Assembly (NCBI GenBank): GCA_013239625.1
Contig: MU053379.1
Location: 1,904,866-1,968,865 of the forward strand
Direction of reading: 5' to 3'
Length of the DNA stretch: 64,000 nucleotides
Origin: Lama guanicoe
Lineage: Eukaryota
A program made the translations under genes and the position numbers. Below, piece after piece: positions 12,726 through 26,704 of this stretch. Position 1 is the stretch's first letter. Every line of letters begins with the position of its first letter. The notes beneath the pieces were generated by a model. The model did no database searches. It was given only the letters and a program-made list of their open reading frames with translations, and was not told where the DNA came from.

Positions 12726-13090
12726 GTATTTGTTAGCTATAGCTGTGTAACAAGCTGCCCTGAAACTGAGCTGTTTAAAATAGTAAGCATTTGCTGTAGC
12801 TTCTGAGTCCAGGGGTCCCCTGGGTGGTTACGCCTGTCTGGGTCAGGCTCAACCAATGTTGGCTGAATTGGTTCCTGGGCTGTGATTGTCTGGTGGTCCA
12901 CTGGGGGCTGTCTGGATAGGATGGCCTCCTGGCCCACGAGCATCGTTTTTACCACACTGTCTTGGCCAAAGCAAGTCACAAGGATAGCCCAGATTCAAAG
13001 AACAGCTCCCCCTGAAGATGGAATGAGCTGAAAAATCCAATGGCAGGGGACGTGGACAGGGATGAAGGAAGACCTGGGAACATCTTTGGG
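12726..13090 (-). mobile_element. MaLR LTR (old MLT1)
   Basis: tgtatttgttagctatagctgtgtaacaa terminus and ttggccaaagcaagtcacaagg..gcccagattcaa motif. Confidence 0.7.
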
Positions 13091-13753
13091 GTGGATCACG
13101 TTGGCCCCTTCACCAAGCCGATAAAAAGTAAATGAAGAAGTCACTGACGTCACACCTCTCATCCATAGGAATCACTGAAGTCAAGTATCCACATATTTTC
13201 AGCTACTGCTGTTTAGCTTCGTAAAGAAGACAGTGAATAAGCCATCTTTACCGTTGACAGAAAGAAGCTATGAAGTGATGCTTTTGATGGGAGGCTCCAC
13301 CTGGCAGACCCAGGCTCTCCCTTGCCCTGCCGTCCTTGCTGCAGACTTTGGCCAGCAGAGTGTTTGGGGGGACAGGACGTCCACCCGGGGTCTGCCTCCC
13401 ACAGTTTGTTGTGTAATAGGGTCGGCAAACCTCAGAGCCCTCTGGCTGGTTGCACATTGGGTTTCTCTGATGTTTTACAAGCACTTCAGCCCTTGGCTCC
13501 GTCTGTGAAGGAGCCGTCAAGCCCCCACTGCTCACACTCGTGGTGCTCCCTGAGGCTGTGTCTGCTTTTTGCGGCCGAGGCCACTTGAGAAGTGAAACTC
13601 ATGGCTGGACCGGGTGCCGTCTTGGCCTCCGGGATCAGGCGGTCCTGGGGGCCTTGCTGGTTTGATCTTGTTGGCTCTTCAGTTCAGCCCGCTGTTCAGA
13701 GATGGACTGACTCGTGAAAGCATTAGGGGCTTGAAAGCCCGGACCCCGGGGGG

Positions 13754-13901
13754 GGGGAGGGTCTAGCTCGGTGGTGGAGCGCACGCCTAGCATGCGTGAG
13801 GTCCTGGGTTCAGTCCCCAGTATCTCTATTAAAACAAACAAACAAACAAACAAACAAACAAACCTAATCCCCGCCCCCAAAACAAAACAAACAAATAAAA
13901 A
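13754..13901 (+). mobile_element. tRNA-derived SINE (Vic-1-like)
   Basis: ggggagggtctagctcggtggtggagc...gggttcagtcccc, an (aaac)n linker, cctaatccccgccccc, then an A-rich tail. Confidence 0.88.
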
Positions 13902-15255
13902 CAGAGCTGGGGCCCTGGCGCCAACAGAACAAGGAAACCCAGCTCGGCCACTGCAGGTGTGACCTTGGGGAAGATGCTGACCTTGCCAGGTTGGGGCTGG
14001 GGTTTTGTCAGCAAGATGGGGGCAGTAACGGGGCTTGTGGTCTGGGGCTGCGGAGATGCCACGAGTTAGAACTCGAGCTGCCTCTGGCCTCAGCGTGTGG
14101 GATGGGCGCTCACTCAGTGGCAGATCTTGTCACTGGGGCTGTTTTTCTGGGTCTGACCCCAGGGGAGTGAGCCCTGTGGCGATTTCTGCGTTACATGCCC
14201 GGTGTCGCCTCTCTGAAGGGCTCTCCACCGCCTTCCCGAGGCCGGGCCTGGACGGCCCCGTGTGAGTGCAGACACCGGTGGGTTGCCACGAAGATGTCAT
14301 TTCTGGTTCGCCCCGGGGACTTTCTGCATGGTGGAGGGGGCAGCTTCTCCTCAGCAGAGGGGCCCTTGCCAAGCTTCCAAAGAGCTGTAAACTTGCTGAG
14401 TCGTGGAAAGGCTTTCTTGGACGTGAAGCTCCCAACAAAGCAGGCCCTGTTTGTCATTCATTTGAATGGTTCCAGAGCCTCGTCTCAGATGCTCCCGCTG
14501 GGTTCCCGCGGGGCGTCCGTCGGGCCGGGGCCGCGGCTTGGAAACTCTCCGCTCCCCTCCTCCTCTTCCTGCCGGCCCCGGTCCGTGCAGGGCAGTTCGT
14601 TTTGTCTCCAGGTACCTGTTTCGATTGTTTTCCTCTCTGCTCTGCATCCATGTAGGTGTTGGCGCCGCAGAAGGGAGCTTGCACGTAAAGATCCTCCGGG
14701 TGAGAATCCAGGAGAAATTTCTTCATCCGCTGTCTCCAAGCCTGTGTAACGATGTGTAGCACACATAGCTGTTCAAAAATTCTCGTGTGTCCTGTATTGT
14801 AAGGAAATGTGAAAGAAGCAGGTTAGGAAAACTGAAGCTTAAGCACAGCCATGTTAGAAGAGACAGAAATCGCCTCCTAAGTGCTGGCGTCCACATTTCA
14901 CTTGGCTTCCGCGTGCTGTTGCCCAGAGCCCCACCCGCATCTCCCCGCTGCGGAGAGCCGTGTGCTTAACCCAGGCCTGCGAGGGTTGCCAAGCGCTGAG
15001 GACCGAGGGCCAGAAACCGGGGGGGTGAGCACAGAGCTGGGCCGGAGGCGGCCTTTGTCGGGCCCTGACCGCGGGCCGAGCCGCTAGGATGCAGCTCCGA
15101 GTTAGGAACCTTGGAGTGTTTGCTCCGTCGTGTGTCACCAATGGTAGACTGGGCAGAGGGAATTCCAGACAGAAATACAGTGAATTCTGAATAATCCCCA
15201 GAGAACTTCCTGTGACAGTGTATGAACCAAAGGGTGTTTGATGAAGTGACATTCT

Positions 15256-15321
15256 TTTTCAATTTTTTAACTTGAAGTACAGTTGATTTGCAATGTTTCA
15301 GGTGTACAGCAGTGATTCAGT

Positions 15322-15354
<33 letters not shown>

Positions 15355-15709
15355 TCTTTTTCAGATTCTTTTCCATTATAGTTTATTACAAGAGGTTGAA
15401 ATTAGTCCCCTGTGCTATACAGTAGGACCTTGTTGGTTATCTGTTTTATATACAATAGTGTGTATCTGTTAACCCCAAACTCCTAATTTATCCCTCCCCC
15501 TCTTCTCCCTTTGGTAACCTAAATTTGTTTTCTATGTCTGAATCTGTTTCTGTTTTGTAAGTTTATTTGTATCTTTTTTAAGATTCCACATGTAGGTGGT
15601 ATCATATGATATGTCTTTCTCTGTCCGACTGACTTCACTTAGTATGATCATCTCTAGGTCCATCCATGTTGCTGCATCATTTTGCTCTTTTTTATGGCTG
15701 AGTAATATT

Positions 15710-15762
<53 letters not shown>

Positions 15763-15811
15763 CACACCTTTATCCCATCACCTGTCAATAGACATTTAGG
15801 TTGCTTCCACG
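15256..15811 (-). mobile_element. 5'-truncated L1 3' end with internal (TA)n and (CA)n microsatellites
   Basis: L1 3'UTR motifs shared with other copies in the window. Degenerate TSD ttgatgaagtgacattct (15238-15255) / ttgatgaggtgatgttct (15812-15829). Confidence 0.88.
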
Positions 15812-15934
15812 TTGATGAGGTGATGTTCTAACAGGGACCCTGCATGTGCTTTGGGCTCATCTCTTGTCCCTGGGATTTGGGGCACATGCAGAACCCAGGG
15901 GGTGACCTCAGATCTTTAGGTTTGGGATGGTGTT

Positions 15935-16370
15935 TGTTAGGGATGGCATTGTGTCCTCACAAAAGATATATTGCCACCCTAATCCCCAGCACCTCAGAAC
16001 GTGACCTTATTTGGAAACAGGGTCTTTGCGGAGGTAATCAGGTTAAAATGAGTTCATTGGGGTGGAATGAAATCCAGTAGGAAAGTCCTCCTTTACGAAG
16101 GAAGCATCTGGACACAGACGCAGGGAGGGAACACCGTGTGAGATGGAGGCAGAGATGGGCTGACGCTTCTGAAAGCCAAGGAATGCCAGCGACTGGCAGC
16201 AGAACGCCAGAAGCGGGGACAGAGTCTCCCTCGCATCCGTTGGGCCTCGGTCCCCCGGCGCCTGGATCTTCGACTGCCGGCCTCTAGAACTGTGACACAC
16301 GTAATGTGTCTGCTGTCTTAGCCACCCAGTCCATGGTCGTTTGCTGAGGCAGCCCCAGCAAACAAACGCA
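15935..16370 (+). mobile_element. MaLR LTR (MLT1C-like)
   Basis: cctcagaacgtgaccttatttggaaacagggtctttgc, aagccaaggaatgcc and ctagaactgtgac motifs. Confidence 0.85.
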
Positions 16371-16669
16371 GAGGGCATCGTGATTAAGGGCGCAGAGGTT
16401 CCCACCCGTCACCCTGTCCCATGCAGAGAAAGAGCCGTGGTGGGGCTGGGGCCATCTGGCAACTAAGATCCATATATTTCTAATAAACACCCAGAAATAA
16501 CATGATGAGTCCTAGATACCTGCCTCTTGCCTTGTCACCTTGATCTTCTGTTGGTGACAGTAATGACAAAATTAAAGCTGCAGCTGTTCAGTGCGACTCC
16601 CTGAGGGAGTGACGCCCCCACGCAGGTAACTGATGTGCGGGCCACACTTGGTCTTGTTGGGCCCGTTTG

Positions 16670-16760
16670 GGGAGGGAACTGAGGCTCCAGAGGGAAGGGT
16701 GACTTGTACAAGGTGAATGCCAGAACCAGCGTTCAAGTGCAGGACTCCAGACGTACAGGA
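16670..16760 (-). mobile_element. MIR fragment
   Basis: ggaactgaggctccagagggaagggtgacttg core-like motif. Confidence 0.55.
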
Positions 16761-18121
16761 CCAGTGATGTCCCCACTGTTCTGTGGGACGAGGGCCGCCT
16801 GGGACCACCTGGGACCGCCTGGGAGGTTCTGAAGGTGCTGATGCCTGGGTCGCCCCACCAGGGGGGTGCTGATTTAATTGGTCTGGGGGTGGGGATTTTT
16901 CACATCTCCCAGATTGAGACCCACCATTATGGGCAAGCCAACAGAGTCATGTTGAAAATTTTAAGTTAGCTTTTGGAGAAGTTCTCACACAGGTTGGTGA
17001 GAGTCACGTGGGAAATTGTGCCTTGAGTGTGGACTTTTGGGCCCCACCCACCCAGCACACTGGACCAGCATTTCAGGTGTCTGGGTTTTGCAGAAGGTCT
17101 GAAGGTCACTTGAGGCTTGTGCAGTTTTGGGTTCTGGAGTGTTCCAGGGGGATGCTAAGCCATGACGAGCTCCGATGTCCCTCCGGGAGTCCTGTGCTGT
17201 CACAGCCGACATGGTGACCTCGGGAGCCGGGTGTCTGTTCCCGTCAGAGATTCTGCAGGTGAATGTGGTAGTGTCGCACGAGCAAGGAACGGGACTTAAG
17301 GATTCAGTGCATACCTTTGCATCAGTAACTGGGTATAACTCCCAGCCACCCAGTAGCCCCGTTTTGGAATTTTACAGAGTTTGGAAGTCTACCAAATGGG
17401 AGCAGTTTCCTGTTTCGTAAACCTGTAGAATTCAGCCTCTGGGGCATGATTTGGCTGATTTCTTTGTTCTGCAAATGAAGAAACTGAAGCCCATGGAGGG
17501 TGTGGCCACCTGTCTAATCCCTGCGCAAGGCGGGTCTGGGCCCCTGACGCCAGCTGCAGTGTTCTCACTGTCTCTGTTTCTGACCCTGCATCCATCCTGC
17601 TGCAGCTCGCCGACCGACCGCGCGCCTGCAAGATCTGTGCCCTGGGTTGGACCCTTCCTCCGAGGGTCACTATCATGTGGTGACAGACGAAGCTGTTCTT
17701 GGCTGGGACTCAACTGGGACTAGGCTGGAACCTGGGGAGTCTGCCTAGCGAGAGCAAGAACACGCCCCACACTGCCTGGCCTGGGGCAGAGGGAGTCAGG
17801 ATGTTCTGTAGAATCAGTGGATTCTCTGGAAGGTTGCCCACACCGCCCTGGAGAGCCTCCTGAGTTCCGCACCCTGTAGACCTGAGCATGCAGTCTTGCA
17901 CACATCGGGGACCCTCCTCCTGGGATGGTGTTCATGACTCCATGTGGAACAGAGACCTTGGAGAGAGAGCGTGACGGAGTGGAAATGAGCGCACATCCAG
18001 GCTTGGAATCCCGAGGTCTGAGTCCAAGCTCCACCCTTCACCGGGCGAGAGAGACTCATTGGGCGCTCTGGGGGGTCATGTTCCCATCTCTGATAGTATC
18101 GCCTTTCCATGGGACTGAGTT

Positions 18122-18515
18122 AGGATCTTGAGATGTAGAATTGTTCTGAATTACCTGGGTGGGCCCAGCCTAATCACAAGGGTTCTTAAAGTCAGCGCCC
18201 CCTGCCCTGCTGCAGTCAGAGGGGAATGTGGCTGCAGAAGACTGGACAAAGGCATGTAATCTTGCTGGCTTTGAAAATGGAGGGAGGGGGCCACAAGCCA
18301 AGGAATGTGGCTGGCTTCTAGAAGCTGGAAAAGACAAAAACCAGTCTCTCCTCGAGCCTCCAGAGATGACCACTGCCCTGCTGACACCTCGGTTTTAGCC
18401 CGGGGAGCCCTGTATCAGACTTCTGACCTCCAGAACTGTGAGGCGATAGATTTGTGTTGTTATAAGCCACTGTGTTGGTGCTCATTTGTTGCAGCAGCAA
18501 GAGGGAACTAATACA
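18122..18515 (+). mobile_element. MaLR LTR (MLT1D-like, 5'-partial)
   Basis: gacttctgacctccagaactgtgag..tttgtgttgttataagccac..gcagcaagagggaactaataca terminus. Confidence 0.85.
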
Positions 18516-20331
18516 CTTACGATGTTTAAGTAATTCCTGAAAAACTTTATGTATGAAAAGAAAAATACAGTACAGTTATTTCTTCTCCCCTCTAGTAATA
18601 ATAATAATAATAGTAGTAGTATTCATAGTAGTGTCTACTTTTGGGGTGTTCATGAAGAGTGCCCAAGACAGTAAGTACGAAAAAGCACTTTAAAGCTGTG
18701 TGAAATATTTGTTATTGCCATTGTTACCCTTGTTGGGATGCTGGTCTGCATCAGGTTGCTGTGGAAACTCAGGGTGGGGCACCACTTTGGTTTGTGTCTG
18801 CAAGAAAAGATAAGTAGCAGTTGCTGTTTGTAGGTTTGGCTTTCTTTCTCCAGCCTTCGAATAATTGAGTGATATACTGCCCTCCCTATACAGTAAGTTA
18901 AACCGATGAGCTCTGTGTTCTCCTGAAGCGGAAAAGGCCAAGACAGTAAATACTGGCAGTGACAGCTGACTGGGCCGTTGGCCAGGGCAGGTTCATCACT
19001 TACTCAGCCTTTACATCTTGCCAGAGCTGTGGAAACTGGGATGGAGCCATGGTACCTGTGCTCTGCTCTCAGTACCCGTCGTGATAAAGTTCCGCTGAGT
19101 TGGCAGTGTTAATCTTTGGACAGATCAGGTCATTGGATTTAAGACCACATTCAATTATAGAACAAACATACATTGGAATATTGGTCAATCATTAAAAGTT
19201 AGATTGTTGACCATTGAGTGACTTGGGAACCTATGTTTTAGGTGTAAAAAGCAAGTTACAATATGGAAATGTATGGACCAGATGTTAAGAATGGGTTTCT
19301 GGTGGTAGAAAGAAGGCATTTCTATTTTCATCTTTGTGTTTGTTGGTATTTTTCGAGAAACTACTAATTCTGCCTGATGGATGTGGCTTCACTTGAATTG
19401 CGTCTTGATGGATGTGTAGGAGTTTGAAAAGTTAGGAGGGCCATCCTGAAGAATGGGGGTTGCATTTGTGGAGACACAGAAGGATGAAAGCCTATGGCCT
19501 GTTCTGGAAATGGCCAGCAGCTCAGGCTGGGCCACATACAGATGGTCAGCGAGGTAGGGTTTGCAGCCAGGTCTGGCTGGAACGGAGAGGAGGCCTTGGG
19601 AGTGCTGGGCAGCAGTGTTGGATAAGTTCAGCGAAGCCTGATTATGGAGGACATTACAGGCCTGGCGGTAGATTTATGAGCCATAAAAGGAGGGAGATTA
19701 GAATGTGTTGTGTGCTTGATAAAAATGTTGGCGCGTAAGGAGGTTTGCCCCTGCCATGTTTTCCAAAGTCATTGGATCGTGGACCTCACCTGGAGTCAAT
19801 ACTCACCTTGAAGTATTTAGAACCTTAGTCCACAGTCATGGAAATAAACCCTGATCTCTGAGCCTGGAGAGGCTCATGGTAGACTTTACCTCTGAGCATT
19901 GGTTTCCAGGTTGGGGGAAGCAGCTGAGTGTCTGTGGACACCTCCTTCTCCAGTGAATAGATAGAACATTGGTCAGTGATAGAGAGTAAACCTGTTCAGG
20001 CCATAGTAAAGTGTATTGCTGTATCATTGAAAAGTTTTGTTTGCAGTTTTATTTTTTTAATGTAAGTTTTTGCTCCCTCATTATTTTTGAGGCCTAATAA
20101 TATGCCTGACTTGTATACCTGGCTGGGTTCCTAGTGGAATCACCACTCCGTCTCTGAACAGCATATACAAGCATTCTTTCTGTTTCCCTTCCTCCCCTCC
20201 TCTCCCCTCCTTCTCCCCTCCCTCCACCCCGCTTCTGCCCCTCTCCCCTCCCTTTGTGGCAAGCAGTCTGAATCCTAATTTCTATACGTGTAGATAGGGT
20301 GATACCAGTTACAGCTTTGCATATGTACGTG

Positions 20332-20770
20332 GTCTGGGCTTTGATTGGGTTTTCCAAGAATCAGGCTTTGAGCGGGATTTGAGTTTAACTAGTTTATTTG
20401 GGAGCTGATTCCAAGAAGCACTGGTAGGGAGTGGGAAGTGAGACAGGCGAGGGAAGGAAGCCAGCAAATGATGTAACAGTGTGTAGGTCACTTCTTTGGG
20501 CAGCAGGGTTCAAACTTCTGGGGACCACTGGCAGCCTGCAGGGAGTGCATGCAAGGTTGTCCCCCTCAAGGAGTGAGGCCACCAGGGAGCAAGTATTAAC
20601 TACCTTCTGTCCGCCAGTGGTTGTGTTACTTCTGGGGGCATTAACTCACCAGCCTGTCTGGCCTTCTCCATGTGATGGACTGAAGCCTGTCCGTGGTCAG
20701 AGGAAGCCCTCAGACAGGGATGAGTGGGTACCGTGGGGATAGGGGTGGAGTGTCTACTGCTTTGTGTCAC
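20332..20770 (-). mobile_element. ERVL LTR (LTR16/LTR33-like)
   Basis: ggatttgagt..tagtttatttgggag..gaagcactggtaggg block shared with 32015-32820 and 43141-43490. Confidence 0.65.
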
Positions 20771-20814
20771 ATGGAAGGCTTCACAATAAAAGTAATGTGG
20801 CCAGAAACTAGGTA

Positions 20815-21230
20815 CTTTCCTCGTAAAATAAGGTACAAGGCAAGGACATCTCCTCTTACTACTCTTATTCAGTAGCACACTGCAAGTCCCAGCCAATACA
20901 GTACGACAAGAAAAAAATAAAAGGACACACATTGCAAAGGAAGAAATACAACTGTCTTTGTTCACGGATGTCATGATTGCCTATGAGAAAACCCCAAAGA
21001 ATCAACCAGAAAAACCCTCATGGAACTAATAAGTGACTATAGCAGAACTGCAGGATACAAGGATTCAAAATGCAGTTGCTTTCCTATATGAAAGTAATGG
21101 ATAATGGGAAATTGGGGGCGGGGGGGGGATGGAGGTGCATATGGGAACTCTCAATTGTACATTCCAGTCAGTTTTTCTTTAAGCCTAAAACTTCTCTATA
21201 CAACAAGTCTATTCATAAGTGAAAGATAAA
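20815..21230 (+). mobile_element. Old L1 fragments (ORF2 RT remnant and 3' piece)
   Basis: acaaggcaaggacatctcctc..gaagaaatacaactgtctttgttcacggatgtcatgatt is a decayed RQG..LFADDM region. Confidence 0.7.
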
Positions 21231-22929
21231 GCAAACATTATGTAGATTGGGTTTTTAAAATATTAATATTTGTGAATAATTAACGTATAGAATAAGTTAG
21301 AACAGAGTCCAGATTTTGCCCATGAAGACTGATTCCAGTGTGAAAATGAAAGACATTATAGAAATCAGAAACACTGTGGGGACGTATGCGGTGCAGCTGA
21401 AGACCCTGGGTGAGGGTGGTAAGACGTGCTCCACGGGGCTGTGAAGGTGGAGAGAGATGACGTCTGGAAAGGGGTTAGACAAACAGCGCGTGGAACTCGG
21501 TTCCCTCCCACCCTCGCCCTGCCTCCTGACCTCTCAGGGTGCTGTGCAGAAAATGTTTCTCTTTGATTCAATTAAGGGTCGTCCATCTTTGGCTGCTTTT
21601 CTGTTGTGGGCTGCTCGCTGCCACGAGGCAGCGACTCTGGCAGGTCACAAGGTGGTGACTGACCAAGGATATCTGTTCAGGCGCCGCTAGAAGCCAAGGG
21701 CTCCCCACGTGGGGTTTCAGGTTCACACTGTACACCCCAAAGTTGTTACTTACTTCAGATGGACCTCTTGAGGTGTTTAGCTTTCTACAAGGAGAATGAG
21801 GAATTCCCAGCTGATTGGAAGGTTCTGTTCCACACAGTTTAGCACTTGGGGTAGACTCTTCCTCACGTGTGGACACAGCCACGTCTGGACGAGTGGTCAG
21901 GCGGTGGCAGGGGGTGAGCTGTCACTGGCTTGGGCAGTGCAGATATAGATTATTTCCATCATCTCAGAAAGTTCTGTTGGGCAGCCCAGATAAGGAGTAT
22001 TCTGTCTCTATCGCTAACTGCCTTTTTACCTCCTGCTTGCACCTGCTTCTTGTTCTTTGTGTGACCACCATGCTGGTTCTTTCCCTCAGCGCCTATTAAC
22101 ATGCTGATCGGTTGATAGAGTTATCTTTTAGTACGTCTGGCATAATTCTATACTTCTGGCTTCTCACATGGCAGAGCTGGTCCTGTGCTCGGCACTCAAG
22201 CCCTTACCAGGACCCCAAGTCACTTGTGCTGCCCTGTCCCCTCCCATTCCGCAGCACGTGCCAGGGTGCAGGGCGTGTGCACACCAGGCTGCCCGCCATT
22301 CTGGGAGCTCATCATTCCCGTCCATGCCTCTGTGCAGCGTCTCCTCTCTCCCCACTCTTGGAGTGGTCTCCCTCCTCTCCCTCTGTTCTGTCAAGGTCTC
22401 CTCCACCCTGTGGCATACTTCTCAGGTACCACCTCCTCAAAGAAGGACTTCGTGGTCGCCCAAGCAGAGGTGGTTTCTTGCTCAGGGAGATGCCCTGGCA
22501 GTGTCGTTTCCCTCCTTTGAGACCACTAGCACATCTTGCTCCACAGAAAATTTGCCTCTTTGTGTTTTGCATCCTCACTTCCTCCTGGAACATGCATCCC
22601 TTTGAGGACAAGCACTCTGTCTCCTGCATCTGTGCCAGCTAGCCCAGTGCTTTGCCAGACAGTACATATTTGGTGAATTATAAGACCCTCCTGCCATGAA
22701 ACAGTCTCCAGAGTCACTCCTCGAAGAAGCTCTTTCCTAAACCACCGTAAGAACAAGCCAGCACACTTCCATGGACTCCATGTAGGGAGACCCTGCAGAA
22801 TCCCACTCATCTCTCTGCCCCAGACCAACACTTAGCCATGCTGGTCATGTATCCCCTTCTGCACACTAAGGGGATTGGCTCAGGGGCCAGACACAGTTGA
22901 TGCCCAGATTATGTCTCTCAGGCCTTATT

Positions 22930-23368
22930 ACTTACATGTGTACTGCCCAAGCTTCCCACTGTCTGAACCCGAGTCTCTCTGCCTGAGCGTTTTTGGGTGT
23001 TCTCCAAAGCCTGAGAAGACCACTCTGCCTGCCCCACAAAGCAGATCAAAAACCCCGGGGGATGAACATCCTTGGGAACAGCCCTCAATCAAGAAGTGAT
23101 AGAGTTGGTGTATAAATACCCCAGCTCCCTCCCCTGTTGCTGTGGGAGATGGCTCTGAGGTACGTGCTTTTGTGGTTTCCCAGCGCTTCCCAGGAGGACT
23201 GAGTTTCCCTTGCCCATAGCATAACTGGCTGGATAACTTAGCCCTTTGTTGGCTGCCTTCCTCCCCTGTCCCGCTTCCCCGCTACTAGGGGTCCCTTCCT
23301 CTCCCAGTAAACTAGCTGCCTTGAATCTTTGTCTCAGGTTCTGCTTCTGGGGAACCCAAATTGAGATT
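22930..23368 (+). mobile_element. ERVL LTR (LTR16-like)
   Basis: ataaataccccagctccctc and the terminus gaatctttgtctcaggttctgcttctggggaacccaaattgagat. Confidence 0.75.
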
Positions 23369-25489
23369 GAATGACTGCCACATCACCTTCATTCCTGACA
23401 TTCTGGCTCCTTCAGTTCTGTCATCCTTCAGTTTGCTCTGGCTGATATTTTGTCTACACAGTCTGCCGCCTGAGAGGCATACATCCCTAAGCTCTTTGCT
23501 GGAATGATTGCCTCATTCATGTCATAGGGCTAATCCTTGTAACTGACGTGTCCGACCAGGGACCCTGCAGGATGGGGAACATGCCTTGAAAGTGTGAGCA
23601 CAATCAGAAGTGTCCAGGAGTTTAGAGGAAAGGGTTTGGTGACGTTCCTGGCGGCAGTAGCTCCACCTTAAGCCAGGGATTACTGCAAGTTACCAGCTCT
23701 GCTGTTTATGAGGAATGAATGCATAGCTGCAGAGTTTATGTATGAAAAATGGGAAATCCTGTTTTAATGTTAAATGTCATTTTTTCTGTAGTTCATAAAA
23801 AGATCATTTAATTAAAGTAGAATTTGGTGGAAGAGATCAAAGTTACTTGGCAAAACTTGTTTTGCAGACTTATTTCTATCTGAATTTGCTTCTACTTCTC
23901 CTTCCCGAATTTGTGCTCTCCTGTGCTGCCTTTTCATTCTTTTCCTTCCTTTCTGTCTGCCTCCCCTTTTACCACTATTATTTGTGCAATTGTATCTGCA
24001 CAATATTAAGATGTCCTCATTTTTAAATATATATACAAACAACTTGATTTGACTATTTAGCCTTTGAACTCATCAGAACTTTCTAAACAGCAAAAAAAGG
24101 AGTATCTGTGGCACACCTGCCGCCATCTCCCCTCCCCTGCTCTTCCCAGACATCAATAATCAATCACCGCACCCTTCTCAACCCAGGGCTCAAGGAAGCC
24201 ATTGCCGATTGATTGGCATTAGCATGGGAGATGATATTCTCAGGATTTAATGTAAATGATTAGAACAGGGAGACCAATTTAGGCAGATACTTGACATGCC
24301 CGTCCCTTTGACTATCCTTTGCTAGGAGAATGTCAGGAGAAAGGAGTGTTCTGGACAGCTTCTCCTTGAGTTCTGTGAGTCAGTCTTGGGTGCAGCCCTG
24401 TGCTAATTTTTTCATCAGCTTGAAAGAACTCCAAGAAAGAGGAGAACCGTGAGCTTCATTTTCCACTCACCTCTGTCCCAGCCCCAGTGGCTGTTTAATG
24501 AAGACTTTACCAATATGTACAGATGAGAATCTTGCCCTTTCACTCCTCTCGGGAATTTTATCCATGCTAGTGCCACTGGCTTTCCCATAAGCTAGTCCGT
24601 TGATCACCAACATCACCCTCCCCCGGATGCTTTGATGTTGGGCTGTCCCTGTGGTGGTCCTCAAGGGCTCAGGTCTGGGCTGGCCTCCGCAGAGTCTTTC
24701 AAGGGAGGCAGAGAAGAGGCATTTCCCCACACCCATGCCTCACCGTGGGCCTTGGCATGTGGGCACCTCCCTCCGCTGCCCTGCCACCCCTGCCGTTGGT
24801 GCAGGCTGACTCCTGTAGGCTTATGGGGACCATCCCCCGTCCCCCCACTTTTCAGAGGTCGCCACCCCATTCTCGCCCTTCCTTCTCTATCTTATCTCCG
24901 CATCGTGGGTTAAGCAGCCTCTGGGCTGACCCATGGGCTCAGCTGCTTGTCTCTCTGAGTCTGAGACATGTGACTCAGCTGGACCCTGGCCTCTGACTCT
25001 CTGGCCACCACCCCTCCAGCTTCTCCTCCCACTGGTCCTTGTATCCCAGCTTGAAAATCAGCTTGGAGAACTTCCCCGTGTTTGCGTGTCAGCCAAGTTA
25101 AGCCCCTGTGTGGGCATCACCGGGGTGGTAACACCGGGCCCTCCCAGCCTCCCCCGGATTTCTTCCTGGGGCATTGGTCAGTGTCGAGTCTTGCCGTTGA
25201 CACCTGGCCGGAGGTTGTCCATGTGCAGCCCTCTCCTGTACCCGTCCAGAGGCTGCAGAACATGTCTCTTGTTTGGTCACCCCGTTACCTCGGCTTCCCC
25301 CAGGTGATCGGTTTGGCTGATCGGCTGGACGCTGTAATATCCAGAGATTCCATGGATTTTAACAAGCACAGAACGTGTGGACAGACTCTTCAGTGACCCT
25401 TCACGCCCCACCGACCAGAGTGTGGTCTCAGAAGGTCTCACCTTTGCGCCAGTGCGTTGGGAGGAAACGGTTCCCCAGCAGTTCCTGGG

Positions 25490-25850
25490 TGTCTCGGGTT
25501 TCTGGAAACAGAGCCTGTGAGGGGGCTTATCAGCCCATGTTTTATTGAAGGAGCACTCTCAGGGGGAGCCTTTGAAGGAGGGAGAGAAGCGGGACAGGGC
25601 AGGGAGGCCGGGTCAGCCTTGACCTGATGCGGCGTCGGGGAGCGTCAGTCCCATAGCTCGGGTCACACCCAGCATCGTTGCTGCTTGTGTTGGGGGCCTG
25701 AGGGTTCTTACATCAGTCATGGGACACCCCCGGGGCACGGGGCCCGGCCTTCCAGGGGGCGATGCTGAGGACAGAGGCCCAGCTTGTGCCCCAGGAGCCA
25801 GGGGACCCAGTACCAACTGCCAGGGGAGATCTGGGCAGCACTAACCGCAG
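25490..25850 (-). mobile_element. ERVL LTR (LTR33/16-like), degraded
   Basis: tgtctcgggtttctggaaacagagcctg..tttattg terminus resembles the other copies. Confidence 0.45.
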
Positions 25851-26480
25851 TGGCAGCTCGGGGAGAAGGAGGCTAACGCCCTGGAAAGGCTGCTGTGAGC
25901 AGCTGTGTGGAAGCCTCCACATCCGTCTCCTCATTTAATTCTTAAAACACACTGTAAACGCAGTGTTTTCCCGCCTCAGTGGGATTCAGGAAGTTTCGAA
26001 GGCCCGAGGAATAAGGAGTGGAGCAGTTAGGATTTGAATGCAGGTCCCTCTTTCTTGGTTCTGTCCCCAAAGCCCCAGTTGTCTGTGCTCAGCCTGCCTG
26101 CTGAGTTGCTCCCTGCACCAGAGACCCCTGTTTCAACATGTGGGTTCTCAGCCCCTGATGGGGGAAACCGTTGTATAGGAATCTCCCAGGAAATTTTTCC
26201 AAAAGTCATCTTGAAGTCTTCAAGGCTCTCCTTCAGGCTTGTTTGCTTTTATTTATGTGGTTCAAATCACCACCGTAGGTTCAAATCACCAGTTTGGGAG
26301 GTCGGTTATCAACAGGCAGGGGGAGGCTGAAGGTCTGATATGAAAAGAGAGACAGTTTCATCACAGCAATCAAAACAAAAACAGAAGCTAAGTCTTGGGC
26401 CATTCAGTGTAGAAAAACCAAAGCTTAACACTCTAGTGGGCCTTAAGAACATCATTACGTTGCATCCAGAATTAGCTGGA

Positions 26481-26603
26481 ATTCATTTGCTCATTTTTTT
26501 CAACAGACTTTCTTTATTGAGTACCTGCCATGTATCAGACACTGTGCTAGAGGAATAAGGGTTATTGAGACATGGTCCTTGTCCATAGAGCTTGCATTGT
26601 AGA
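26481..26603 (-). mobile_element. L2 3' fragment
   Basis: tttattgagtacctgccatgtatcagacactgtgctag motif. Confidence 0.65.
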
Positions 26604-26704
26604 AACTTCTCAAGGAGAAAGCAAGACACATGAGCAGGCGTCTCCCCTGAGCAGCGTCCTTTATCATATTAACCTGACTGATAAACATATATAAACTGGT
26701 AAGC

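Noticed and set aside
16850..16872. CTCF-like motif ccaccaggggggtgc (similar ones near 8030 and 25750)
   Set aside because: The matches are imperfect and at a frequency expected by chance in GC-rich DNA.
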